From an uncultured bacterium (GTDB lineage Bacteria > RBG-13-66-14), in assembly GCA_964436465.1 (NCBI GenBank), contig CAYTCV010000004.1, forward strand, positions 1,196 through 65,195: a DNA stretch of 64,000 nt. The letters are read 5' to 3'. Positions 26,397 through 35,045 of this stretch are shown here, piece after piece. Position 1 is the stretch's first letter; each line of letters opens with the position of its first letter. Both the position numbers and the translations under genes were made by a program. Under the pieces are notes generated by a model. That model was given only the letters and a program-made list of their open reading frames with translations. It did not search any database and was not told where the DNA came from.

Positions 26397-27857
26397 ATGA
26401 TGAGCTGTAAACCCGTCGTACTTATTCTGGCGCTCCTGGCGGCCGCCTCGACGGCTCAGGAGGACGAAACCGGCGAGGTGGAGTACCCGGACGAACCGAG
26501 CGCGGCGAGCTACGCCCCCGGCGAATCCGACGCGGGCGCGGTAGCGGAGGATTCCGGCCTGGTGCCTGAAATCGAGCTGGGCGCCACTATCACCGTGGAC
26601 CTGCGCCACCTGACCGAACCGCCCCACACCTTCACCTACAACGAAAACGACCTATTCCTCTCCGTAGCGACCAAGTGGGAGAAGGCCGAGGCCGCCGGCA
26701 GCCTGCGCCTGCGCGGGCTGGGATTCTCCACCGCCTCCTCCTCGGCCGACCTGGAGTACATCGGCTACGTGGACCCGTGGAGCCTGGAGCTCGAGAGCGC
26801 CTACCTCAACCTCTACGGCCTGCCCCTGGACCCGGTGGACATCTCCATCGGCAAGCAGGAAATCGGCTGGGGCGTCGGCGACAAGCTGCGGACCTACGAC
26901 GAGGTCAATCCCGGCGACTACGAGGACCCGCTGGATTTCGGCGAGCATCTGGGCGTGAACATGGTGCGGCTGACCGGTTGGTTCTCGGGAGCCTGCTTCC
27001 TGGAGGGCGTCTTCATCCCCGGCTTCACCCCGGCCCGTCTCCCGGGCGCGCGGTGGCAAGAGGTCCCGGAGATGGACCTCGGCGAGTTCATGGGTCTTCC
27101 GCTGTGGCTGTCGCAGCTCTCCACGCCGGTCGAGCTACCGGAGTCCTCCCTGGCCGAATCGGCCCGGTACGGAGCCCGGTTCCGGGGCAGCCTGGGGCCG
27201 GTGGACCTCGAGCTGGCGTACCTTTACACCCGGGAGCAACTCCCGGTGGCCACGGAACTGACCGTGGAGCCGACCGTGGACCCCGACGCGCCTCCCTTCA
27301 CCATCCCGGTGAACGTCACCGCTACGGGCACCTTCCCCCGGCGGCACATCATCGGGGCCTCCTTCGCCGCCGATGTTTTCGACCTGGGTCTGTGGGGCGA
27401 GGCGGCGGCCTACATCTACCCCGAGGATATTACCCAGACCCAGACCAGCCCCCTGGGCACCACCGAGACCGTCCTCTATCCCAAAGGCGTGTTCTTCAAG
27501 TGGATGGGCGGCATCGACTACAGCTTCGACGGTTTCTATACTCAACTCCAGTACATCCACGGCCTGTACGACGAGCGCGGCGCCGCCGAGATGGGCGACT
27601 ACTTCGTCCTCGCCGTGGAGAAGGGCCTGTTTTACGACGCGCTGAAAATCCGCCTGGCCGCGGGAGTGGAGGTGCCGGACTTCGAGACCCTCGACCAGAA
27701 CTGGGGCTTCATACTCCTGCCCGAGCTCACCTACCAGCCGCTCACGGGATTGAACGTGATTCTCGGCGGTTACTGGCTCGAGGGCGAGGGCGACTCCAAG
27801 TTCGCCGGGATGGAGAAAAACGACGAGGTGTACCTGAAGGTCCGCGTGGACCTGTAA
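26397..27857 (+). CDS. Secreted putative outer-membrane protein associated with the MMPL exporter (DUF1302-like?)
   Basis: Signal peptide MMSCKPVVLILALLAAASTA; beta-strand-like alternating pattern; terminal aromatic residue absent, but a Y/F-rich C-terminal region. Confidence 0.45.
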   Translation: MMSCKPVVLILALLAAASTAQEDETGEVEYPDEPSAASYAPGESDAGAVAEDSGLVPEIELGATITVDLRHLTEPPHTFTYNENDLFLSVATKWEKAEAAGSLRLRGLGFSTASSSADLEYIGYVDPWSLELESAYLNLYGLPLDPVDISIGKQEIGWGVGDKLRTYDEVNPGDYEDPLDFGEHLGVNMVRLTGWFSGACFLEGVFIPGFTPARLPGARWQEVPEMDLGEFMGLPLWLSQLSTPVELPESSLAESARYGARFRGSLGPVDLELAYLYTREQLPVATELTVEPTVDPDAPPFTIPVNVTATGTFPRRHIIGASFAADVFDLGLWGEAAAYIYPEDITQTQTSPLGTTETVLYPKGVFFKWMGGIDYSFDGFYTQLQYIHGLYDERGAAEMGDYFVLAVEKGLFYDALKIRLAAGVEVPDFETLDQNWGFILLPELTYQPLTGLNVILGGYWLEGEGDSKFAGMEKNDEVYLKVRVDL

Positions 27858-27923
27858 GCCGGGCATTCAATACTGAAAAAGCGGGCCCCACGGCCCGTTT
27901 TTTCTTTCGGTTGACTTACAGAT

Positions 27924-28550
27924 TTAGGGGAAATACTCCGGCTGGCGGTAGGCGACTGTCCGCTCCAGCACCCAGCCCACCGGCTCGCCGTTCACGGTGG
28001 CCGGATTCCACAGGGTTTTGGCGAAGAAGTCCAGGGCGTCCAGGTCGGCCTCGCGGCGGCCCGAGCTCTCGATGACCCACACCTTCCCCGGTCGGCCGTC
28101 CGGCGTGACGTACACGCCCACCCGGACCTCGCCCTCCCAGCGGCGGTCGTTCAGCTTCAGGGGCGGGGCGTCGGGGAGGAAGATGCCGGTCGGCTCGACC
28201 ACGCATACCGATGAGGGCATATCCGGGGAGGAGCCGAGGTCGGCCTCACCAATCGGTTCGCCCAGGCTTGCCGATTCGAGTGAAAGCGGCCGGGATTCGA
28301 TTCCCGTGGAATCCGCGGCGAGCCCGGTCTCCGCCGAGGCCGGCACGGTCATAGGCGCCGGGACGATGGCCTCGGGCATCCCCGGCGGCTCTACAGCCGG
28401 CTCCGCTTCCAGGTCCACGACGACGGGCAGCTCGTTACAGGCCCGCGCGGGGGGCTCCACGGAGGCCGGACCGGCCACCAGCGCCCGCAGGAAAAGCAGG
28501 TGCGCCAGGACGGAGAGGAGAATGCCGTTTCTGATGAGGCCGGTTCTCAC
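27924..28550 (-). CDS. TonB-family protein (N-terminal TM anchor, Pro/acidic linker, TonB C-terminal domain)
   Basis: TM GILLSVLAHLLFL; linker rich in P/E/A; C-terminus is EGEVRVGVYVTPDGRPGKVWVIESSG...LDALDFFAKTLWNPATVNGEPV. Confidence 0.7.
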   Translation of the reverse strand: MRTGLIRNGILLSVLAHLLFLRALVAGPASVEPPARACNELPVVVDLEAEPAVEPPGMPEAIVPAPMTVPASAETGLAADSTGIESRPLSLESASLGEPIGEADLGSSPDMPSSVCVVEPTGIFLPDAPPLKLNDRRWEGEVRVGVYVTPDGRPGKVWVIESSGRREADLDALDFFAKTLWNPATVNGEPVGWVLERTVAYRQPEYFP

Positions 28551-28640
28551 GCGTTCGAGGCTCCGAAATTTTTGGGGAAACGTCGGCTGCCGACCCGATT
28601 TTACAATAAAAAAGGCGGCCTTCGCCGCCCCGGTCCGGGT

Positions 28641-29288
28641 CTAAAACATGGTCGTCTGATAGGCCATTTCGTAGGGTACTTTTACGAAGAGGCGGCAGAT
28701 GGTGGGTTTCCCGTCCACGGTAGCCGGCCGCCATTCGGTGTCGCGGTAGCAGGTCAGGGCGTCGCGGTCGGCATCCTCCCGGCCGGAGGATTCCTCCACC
28801 CACAGGTCCACCAGACGCCCCTGGGCATCAATCAGGAGCCCCAGCGTGACCGTCCCCTCCCACCGGGAGCTGGCGAGGGACTCCGGCATGACCGGGTTGT
28901 GCCGCCCGCTGACGAGGACCGGCTGGACGATGACGGCCGGCACGTTGTAGTTGTAACGGAAATCGAAGGTTTCCACCGCCGGCGTCGTCTGGTCGCTCTC
29001 GTCCTCCGGCTGGCCCTGCTCCTTCTCGGTTTCGATGTCCCTGTCCTCGACCACGATGGGCTGTGTAATCCCATCTATCAGCTGGCGGATGGTCGCCAGG
29101 CGCTGCGGCTCGGCATCGGGCTCGGTGACGATGGACAGTACGCTTATGGGCCCACCGTTGTAGTTCGGCGGCTCCCCCCGCGCCACCCCGAGCCGGATGA
29201 CCCACATCAAAATCAGCAGGTTGACCAGCAGGGACAACAGCAGGTAGCGGCGAATCCCGCGCCAACCTTGATTGTTTTGTTCCATCAT
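28641..29288 (-). CDS. TonB-family protein, paralog
   Basis: TM YLLLSLLVNLLILMWVI; acidic linker; C-terminus is WEGTVTLGLLIDAQGRLVDLWVEESSG...WRPATVDGKP. Confidence 0.7.
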   Translation of the reverse strand: MMEQNNQGWRGIRRYLLLSLLVNLLILMWVIRLGVARGEPPNYNGGPISVLSIVTEPDAEPQRLATIRQLIDGITQPIVVEDRDIETEKEQGQPEDESDQTTPAVETFDFRYNYNVPAVIVQPVLVSGRHNPVMPESLASSRWEGTVTLGLLIDAQGRLVDLWVEESSGREDADRDALTCYRDTEWRPATVDGKPTICRLFVKVPYEMAYQTTMF

Positions 29289-29357
29289 GCACCGGGGCTT
29301 GACAGGGCGCTTCCGAGATGGGATGGTTTAGCGGTCAACCCTACCGGAGGTCGCGCC

Positions 29358-30398
29358 GTGCCGGTGAAAACCATCGCCTGGGAGAACGATTCACTGGTAA
29401 TCCTCGACCAAACCCGGCTGCCGACCGAGGAGCGCTACGTCGTCCTGGAGACCGTCGAGGACGTCCACCGGGCCGTCAAGCGGCTCGAAGTCCGCGGCGC
29501 CCCGGCCATCGGTGTCGCGGCGGCGCTGGGCCTGTACGTCGCCGTCCGGGACGGCTCTTTCACTACATACGATAGCCTCAAAAAGGCGATTCGTCAAGCG
29601 GCGGATTACCTGGCGTCGAGCCGACCCACGGCGGTCAACCTCACCTGGGCCCTGGAGCGGATGGCGGCCGTGGCCGAACGGACGCCCGGAGCGGAGCCGG
29701 AGGCCGTGAAACGGGCCCTTTTAACCGAGGCGCTCGCCATCCTGGCCGAGGACCGGGACACCTGCCGGGCCATCGGGCGCCACGGTCAGGCGCTCCTCGC
29801 GGACGGCTCTTCCGTTCTGACCCACTGCAACGCGGGGGGGCTGGCCACCGTGGACTACGGCACCGCCCTGGGCGTCGTCTACGCCGCGGTGGAGGCGGGG
29901 AAGAAAATCCGCGTCTTCGCCGACGAGACCCGGCCGCTGTTGCAGGGGGCCAGACTCACCGCCTGGGAGCTGGAGAAATCCGGCGTGCCGGTCACGCTCA
30001 TCTGCGACGACATGGCGGCCACGGTGATGGCCCGCGGTCTGGTGGACTGCGTCGTAACCGGGGCGGACCGCATAGCCGCCAACGGCGACACGGCCAATAA
30101 AATCGGCACCTACGGCCTGGCCGTCCTGGCCCGGGAGCACGGCCTGCCGTTCTACGTCGCCGCCCCGCTCTCAACTTTCGATTTCAGCCTCCCCGCCGGG
30201 GACGGGATTCCCATCGAGGAACGTGACCCGGACGAGGTCCGCCGGTTCCGCGGCGTTCAAACCGCACCGGCGGAGGTGGACGTTTTCAATCCCGCCTTCG
30301 ACGTGACCCCTCACCGCTACGTCACCGCCTTCATCACCGAGCGCGGGGTCGTCCGGCCGCCGTTCGGGGAGACGTTGAAAGGTTTGTCCGGTCTTTAA
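29358..30398 (+). CDS. mtnA: S-methyl-5-thioribose-1-phosphate isomerase (eIF-2B alpha/beta/delta family)
   Basis: GTG start with GGAGG RBS. SRPTAVNLTWAL, THCNAGGLAT and GADRIAANGDTANKIGTY motifs. Confidence 0.85.
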   Translation: MPVKTIAWENDSLVILDQTRLPTEERYVVLETVEDVHRAVKRLEVRGAPAIGVAAALGLYVAVRDGSFTTYDSLKKAIRQAADYLASSRPTAVNLTWALERMAAVAERTPGAEPEAVKRALLTEALAILAEDRDTCRAIGRHGQALLADGSSVLTHCNAGGLATVDYGTALGVVYAAVEAGKKIRVFADETRPLLQGARLTAWELEKSGVPVTLICDDMAATVMARGLVDCVVTGADRIAANGDTANKIGTYGLAVLAREHGLPFYVAAPLSTFDFSLPAGDGIPIEERDPDEVRRFRGVQTAPAEVDVFNPAFDVTPHRYVTAFITERGVVRPPFGETLKGLSGL

Positions 30399-30663
30399 AC
30401 CGCTCGGTTCACGCATAAAAAAAGAGCGGCTCAACTCGTCCCGCCCGAGATTCCAGGCTCCTTACCCATATGGGGAAGCCGCTCGTTTACAGACACGGCG
30501 AGGAAGGGACTCCCCACCCGGCGTTCAGGTGTACAGAGGTCGCCGTACATTCGCGGGCGGGCACAGAGGCCCGCCCCTACGTCATCGAAAACTAACACGA
30601 CGGGGAAGGGATTTGCTTCGCATAACTCGATTCTCACGGTTCCGCGCCCTACGTTCTCCCGTA

Positions 30664-30688
30664 TAAAAAGGCGGGCCCCAACCCGCCA
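30664..30688 (-). terminator. Rho-independent terminator downstream of the BMP lipoprotein gene (minus strand)
   Basis: Minus strand reads GGCGGGttggggCCCGCC followed by TTTTTATA. Confidence 0.55.
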
Positions 30689-30707
30689 TCGGTCGCATCC
30701 GAGACCT

Positions 30708-31760
30708 CTACATCACCGGTTTTTCGGCCGGCTCCTCCGCCAGCATCTCCGCCTCCCGGGCGTCCAGCTCGGCGAAGACCCGCCGGACCATCTCCTCGGC
30801 CCCTTCGGGCATCAGCGCCTCGTTGTAGCGGTCCACGTAGTACCCCAGGCCGTTGTTGCCCAGCGGGACATCTATTAAGCCGCCTGTAAAGCCTTGGTGG
30901 ATGGCCTTCTCCAGAACGTCGTACAGCGCGTCGTTGATGTTGCGCAGCATGCTGGTGAGGATGTGCCCCTTCTCTATCCAGTTCTGGTTCAGGTCGCTGC
31001 CGATGGCCAGCCGGTTGTAATTTTTGGCCATCAGAAACACCGCCTCGGCGCTCTTGCCGCAGAAGGCGAAGATGATGTCCACGTTACGGCCGTACTGCTT
31101 GCGGGCCAGGAACTCGGCGCGCTGCGGGTTGTTGAGGGCGTCGGGTCCGGAGCCGATGAAATCCGCGATGACTTCGATTTCGGGGACCTCCCGCCCCTCG
31201 TCGCGCAGAAGCCCGGCGGCGAGCATCGCCCCCTCCTGGAAACCGGCCAGCACCCGTCGGCTGGAGCGGTCCTCGAAGGCCCCGATGAAGCCGATGCGGC
31301 CCGTCCGGGTGGTCATCGCCGCGATGACACCCATGGAGACCGCGGCCCGGCGGCTCTCCAGCGAGAGGGCGACCACGTTCTCCATCTCCATTTCCCCGTC
31401 CACCAGGATGAAGTGCTGGCCCGGGTGGGCGAGGGCCACCGGCTCCAGGTCGGAGGGGTCGCAGGCCACCACGATGCAGTCCAGGCTGCTCGAGGCCAGC
31501 TCTTCCAGAAAGCCCTGCAGCTCCTGTTGATTGCGCGGCTCCCGCTCGGTGAGGATGACCCGGTAATCGCGCACCGACCGGGACACGGCCAGCTTGATGG
31601 CCTCGTTGAAGGACTTGTCGTTGCTCCCCCCCAGGCCGTAGATGACGCCCAGCTTGAACTTGCCCTCCACGTCGGAGGAGTCCTCGCAGGCGGTCGAGAG
31701 GAAGAGGGCGCAGAAAAGGCCGACGAGCGCCAGGAGCTTGAGCCGATTCGTCATTCCCAC
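30708..31760 (-). CDS. BMP-family (Med/PnrA-like) ABC-transporter substrate-binding lipoprotein
   Basis: Lipobox LSTAC, then KLGVIYGLGGSNDKSFNEAIKLAV, a hallmark of basic membrane protein family substrate-binding proteins. Confidence 0.8.
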   Translation of the reverse strand: MGMTNRLKLLALVGLFCALFLSTACEDSSDVEGKFKLGVIYGLGGSNDKSFNEAIKLAVSRSVRDYRVILTEREPRNQQELQGFLEELASSSLDCIVVACDPSDLEPVALAHPGQHFILVDGEMEMENVVALSLESRRAAVSMGVIAAMTTRTGRIGFIGAFEDRSSRRVLAGFQEGAMLAAGLLRDEGREVPEIEVIADFIGSGPDALNNPQRAEFLARKQYGRNVDIIFAFCGKSAEAVFLMAKNYNRLAIGSDLNQNWIEKGHILTSMLRNINDALYDVLEKAIHQGFTGGLIDVPLGNNGLGYYVDRYNEALMPEGAEEMVRRVFAELDAREAEMLAEEPAEKPVM

Positions 31761-33061
31761 GGCCTCCCCGGTGAGGGGCTGTAAAGATTTTCCAGGCGGT
31801 CCGCGATGCGGGCGGAGGCGCCGGCCCGTTCCTCGCAGTACCTTCTCGCGGCGGCGCCCTTCGAGCGGGCCTCCGTCGGGTCCTTTAACAACCGTCGCAG
31901 CGCATGTTCCAGCTGGCCGAAATCCCCGACCCGCTCAGCGATACCCGCCCCGGCGAGTTCCACCGCCTCCGCCGAGTTACCGATTCGGGGGCCGAAGACC
32001 AGCGCCGCCCCGAAGGCCGCCGGTTCCAGGACGTTGTGCAGCCCGCGGTCCCAGAAACCGCCGCCGACGTACGCCACCCGGGCCAGGGAGTAGAGCTCGA
32101 AGAGGCAGCCCACCGTGTCCACGAGGACCAACCGACCCGCGGCGACGCCTCCCCGCTCGACCACCGCCGTCAGTCTCTCGGGGGTAAATCCCCGGTCGGT
32201 CAAGAAGGATTCTATCCCCCCCAGGCGCCCCCCGTCAACGTGGTGGGGAGCCAGGACCACCGCCAGGTCTTCCCGCTCGGACAGGAGCTTTACGAGGATG
32301 GGCAGGAGCCCCTCATCGTCGGGGGGGTGGGTGCTGCCGCAGACGAGGACCGGCCCGGCGTGTGCGAAGCGGATGGGCGGCCCGCCGGCCGAATCACGGC
32401 GCGTCAGGACGGCGTCGAACTTGGAGTCGCCGGCGACCTCCACCCCCGCGGAGTAAACCGCCCGGAGGAAGCGGGCGCTCAGTTCGTCGGCGGCGCCGAT
32501 GAAGCTGCAGGCGTGGAAGACCGCCCGATAAAAACCTCGCAGGAGCGGATGGGCCACCCCGGAACGACGGTGAACGGCGGCCGAGACCAGGGCCACGGGC
32601 ACGCCGACCTCCCGGGCGGTCCAGGCCAGCTCCGGCCACATATCGAACTTGACGAAACAGACGAGATGGGGCTTAATAATCTCGAGGAGCCGCCGCGCCG
32701 CCGTCGGGGAATCCAGCGGCAGAAGAAAGACGCAATCGGTCAGCTCCGCGTGGCGGCCGTGCCGCAGACCGGTTTCGGAGAAGAAGCTCAGGCAGACGGT
32801 CAGGCCGTCGCCGTGGCGTCGGCGCAGCTCGGCGATGATGGGGCGGGCCTGCTCGAACTCCCCCAAAGAAGCGCAGTGGAACCACAGACGCGGCTTGTCG
32901 CGTCCGAGACGCCCTGCGGCCTCCTTCAGGGCGGCGCGCCAACCGCGGCGGGCGGCGAGACCGGAACGCGCCTCGGCGTTCACCAGAGCGGCGAAGGGAG
33001 CGGCGAGGCGGACGAACGGAGCGAGGAAGAGGTCGTAGAGGAGGCGCCAGAATTCCAGCAT
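31751..33061 (-). CDS. waaA: 3-deoxy-D-manno-octulosonic acid (Kdo) transferase
   Basis: Start at MLEFWRLLYDLF (ATG at 33061). WFHCASLGEFEQARPII motif. The track ORF is extended upstream in frame across the origin region. Confidence 0.85.
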   Translation of the reverse strand: MLEFWRLLYDLFLAPFVRLAAPFAALVNAEARSGLAARRGWRAALKEAAGRLGRDKPRLWFHCASLGEFEQARPIIAELRRRHGDGLTVCLSFFSETGLRHGRHAELTDCVFLLPLDSPTAARRLLEIIKPHLVCFVKFDMWPELAWTAREVGVPVALVSAAVHRRSGVAHPLLRGFYRAVFHACSFIGAADELSARFLRAVYSAGVEVAGDSKFDAVLTRRDSAGGPPIRFAHAGPVLVCGSTHPPDDEGLLPILVKLLSEREDLAVVLAPHHVDGGRLGGIESFLTDRGFTPERLTAVVERGGVAAGRLVLVDTVGCLFELYSLARVAYVGGGFWDRGLHNVLEPAAFGAALVFGPRIGNSAEAVELAGAGIAERVGDFGQLEHALRRLLKDPTEARSKGAAARRYCEERAGASARIADRLENLYSPSPGRPWE

Positions 33062-33498
33062 GGGCGGATTATACGACGCCTCACGGGGTGAGTAAAGGCG
33101 GCGCCGCGTCCCGGTCACGAAAAGACGAATACCCATCCGCCAGGTCGTCTTTCGGGTGACGAAATTCACGAAAAAATTTTTCCTCGTTGTAATCCAAGCC
33201 CTTACACCCCCACCGCGGTAAAAAATCCCACTCCCCCCCTTGAGCCTAATTTTTGGGTGTGCTACCATAAATTGCTGTTACATTTGATGTTAACAACTTG
33301 TGGATAACGTGCGACTCTTGGTTGACAACTCCTCACACCTCCGCACCCGGCCCATGTAAAGCCACGAGTTATAGAAAAATATTCCCCGCGTTTTTTGTGA
33401 ATAAACTGCGCGACCCGGCAGGCTGCTTCAAAATCCCCTCTAAATCAACCTGTATCCTAATCGACATCAACCGGTAAACGACGAACGGATAAAGGCTC
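33062..33498. other. Candidate chromosomal replication origin (oriC): AT-rich spacer with DnaA boxes immediately upstream of dnaA
   Basis: Perfect DnaA box TGTGGATAA at 33298-33306; 8/9 box TGTGAATAA at 33395-33403; weaker ACGGATAAA at 33483-33491. AT-rich stretch 33265-33297 (ccataaattgctgttacatttgatgttaacaac) as candidate DUE. GC clearly lower than flanking sequence. Confidence 0.6.
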
Positions 33499-34800
33499 AT
33501 GGACCGGCTAAAAGACCTCTGGGCCCAGGTCTCCGGAAACCTGAAACCCCGAATAGACCCGTACCATTACAAATCCTACATCTCCCTCATCAAACCCCGG
33601 GAATTGACCGAGGACCTCGTAACCCTCGAGGTGCCCAACCAGCGCTACGTGGACTGGCTGGGCTCGACCTACCTCGAGCAAATCGCGGGGGAGTTCGCGA
33701 GCGTGTACGGTCGCGAGCTCGAGGTCGTCCTGGTGGCCCGGAGCAATGGCGGGGGAAAGAAGCCGGCCTCGCCCCGCAACCCGTACAATCCCAAGTACAC
33801 CTTCGAGAGCTTCGTGGTCGGGCGCGGCAACTCCACCGCCTACGCCGCCGCCCAGGCCGTCGTGGAGCGTCCCGGGCAGATTTATAACCCGCTCTTCATC
33901 TACGCCGGCGTGGGACTGGGTAAAACCCACCTCCTCCACGCCATCGGCCACGAATCCTTCCTGTCGCGCCGGGAGCTCTCCACCGCCTACGTCACCAGCG
34001 AGGAATTCACCAACGAGTTCATCGAGGCCATCCGCTACGACCACTCCTCGGACCTGCGGGCCAAGTACCGCAACCTGGACATCCTGTTAATCGACGACCT
34101 CCAGTTTCTGGCCGGAAAAGAGGCGACGCTGGAGGAGCTCTTCCACACCTTCAACACCCTGTACAACAACTCGAAGCAAATCGTCTTCACCTCGGACCGT
34201 CCGCCGGCGGAGATTAAGCTCGACGAGCGGCTGGTAACCCGTTTTGAATGGGGACTGGTCATCGACATCCAGCCGCCGGACATCGAAACCCGAATAGCCA
34301 TCATCCAGGCCAAGGCCGAAAACGAGGGCATCCACCTCCCCGACGAGGTGGTCGACCTCATCGCCCAGCGGGTACGGACGAATATCCGCACCATCGAGGG
34401 GGCGATTCTGCGGCTCACGGCCTTCAGCGCCATCAGCGAGCAGCCGATTTCCGCCAAAATGGCCCGCGAGGCTCTGTCCAATATCCTCGGCCGCGAGACC
34501 CCCCGGGTCTCCATCGGGACGATTCAGCGGGTGGTCTGCGACCACTTTGAGGTGGCGCTGGGTGAACTCTTATCCAAAACGCGCAACGCCTCGGTCGTTT
34601 TCCCGCGGCAGGTGGCCATGTACCTGGCGCGAAACCTGACCGACGCAAAGCTCCATGAAATCGGGCTCCAGTTCGGCGGACGCGACCACTCCACCGTCAT
34701 CCACAGCTACAACAAAATACGCGACGTGGTGGAAAACGACACCGATACGGCCGCCCTGGTGAGCAAGCTGGAACGTATCGCCAGCGCCGGCGGCGATTAA
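33499..34800 (+). CDS. dnaA: Chromosomal replication initiator protein DnaA
   Basis: AAA+ Walker [15 protein letters not shown], box VII, and C-terminal DnaA-box-binding HTH ([15 protein letters not shown]). Confidence 0.95.
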   Translation: MDRLKDLWAQVSGNLKPRIDPYHYKSYISLIKPRELTEDLVTLEVPNQRYVDWLGSTYLEQIAGEFASVYGRELEVVLVARSNGGGKKPASPRNPYNPKYTFESFVVGRGNSTAYAAAQAVVERPGQIYNPLFIYAGVGLGKTHLLHAIGHESFLSRRELSTAYVTSEEFTNEFIEAIRYDHSSDLRAKYRNLDILLIDDLQFLAGKEATLEELFHTFNTLYNNSKQIVFTSDRPPAEIKLDERLVTRFEWGLVIDIQPPDIETRIAIIQAKAENEGIHLPDEVVDLIAQRVRTNIRTIEGAILRLTAFSAISEQPISAKMAREALSNILGRETPRVSIGTIQRVVCDHFEVALGELLSKTRNASVVFPRQVAMYLARNLTDAKLHEIGLQFGGRDHSTVIHSYNKIRDVVENDTDTAALVSKLERIASAGGD

Positions 34801-34825
34801 ATCCTGTGTTATTGCGACAAACAGA

Positions 34826-34846
34826 AAGGGGGGTACACCCCCTTTT
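34826..34846 (+). terminator. Rho-independent terminator after dnaA
   Basis: aaaGGGGGGtacaCCCCCCtttt read directly. Confidence 0.6.
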
Positions 34847-35045
34847 CGCATGTTTCCTGCGTTCAATAATAAGGACCTCGCTTTATCTCCGGAGTGATAC
34901 ATCGGCAAAAGGCAGAGCTGTCAATCCTTTCTCGCTCGAAGATTAATTTGACAATTTGGTATTTTTCCGCTAGGTTAGCCGTTGAAGATTGTTTGTGTTA
35001 CGCCAGTCCTTAACGACAACATAACCGCTTCCAAATGGAGGTCTT

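Noticed and set aside
30431-30637. 68-aa minus-strand ORF in the mtnA-BMP spacer
   Set aside because: No RBS, no conserved features, and it lies in a hairpin-rich intergenic region. More likely non-coding.
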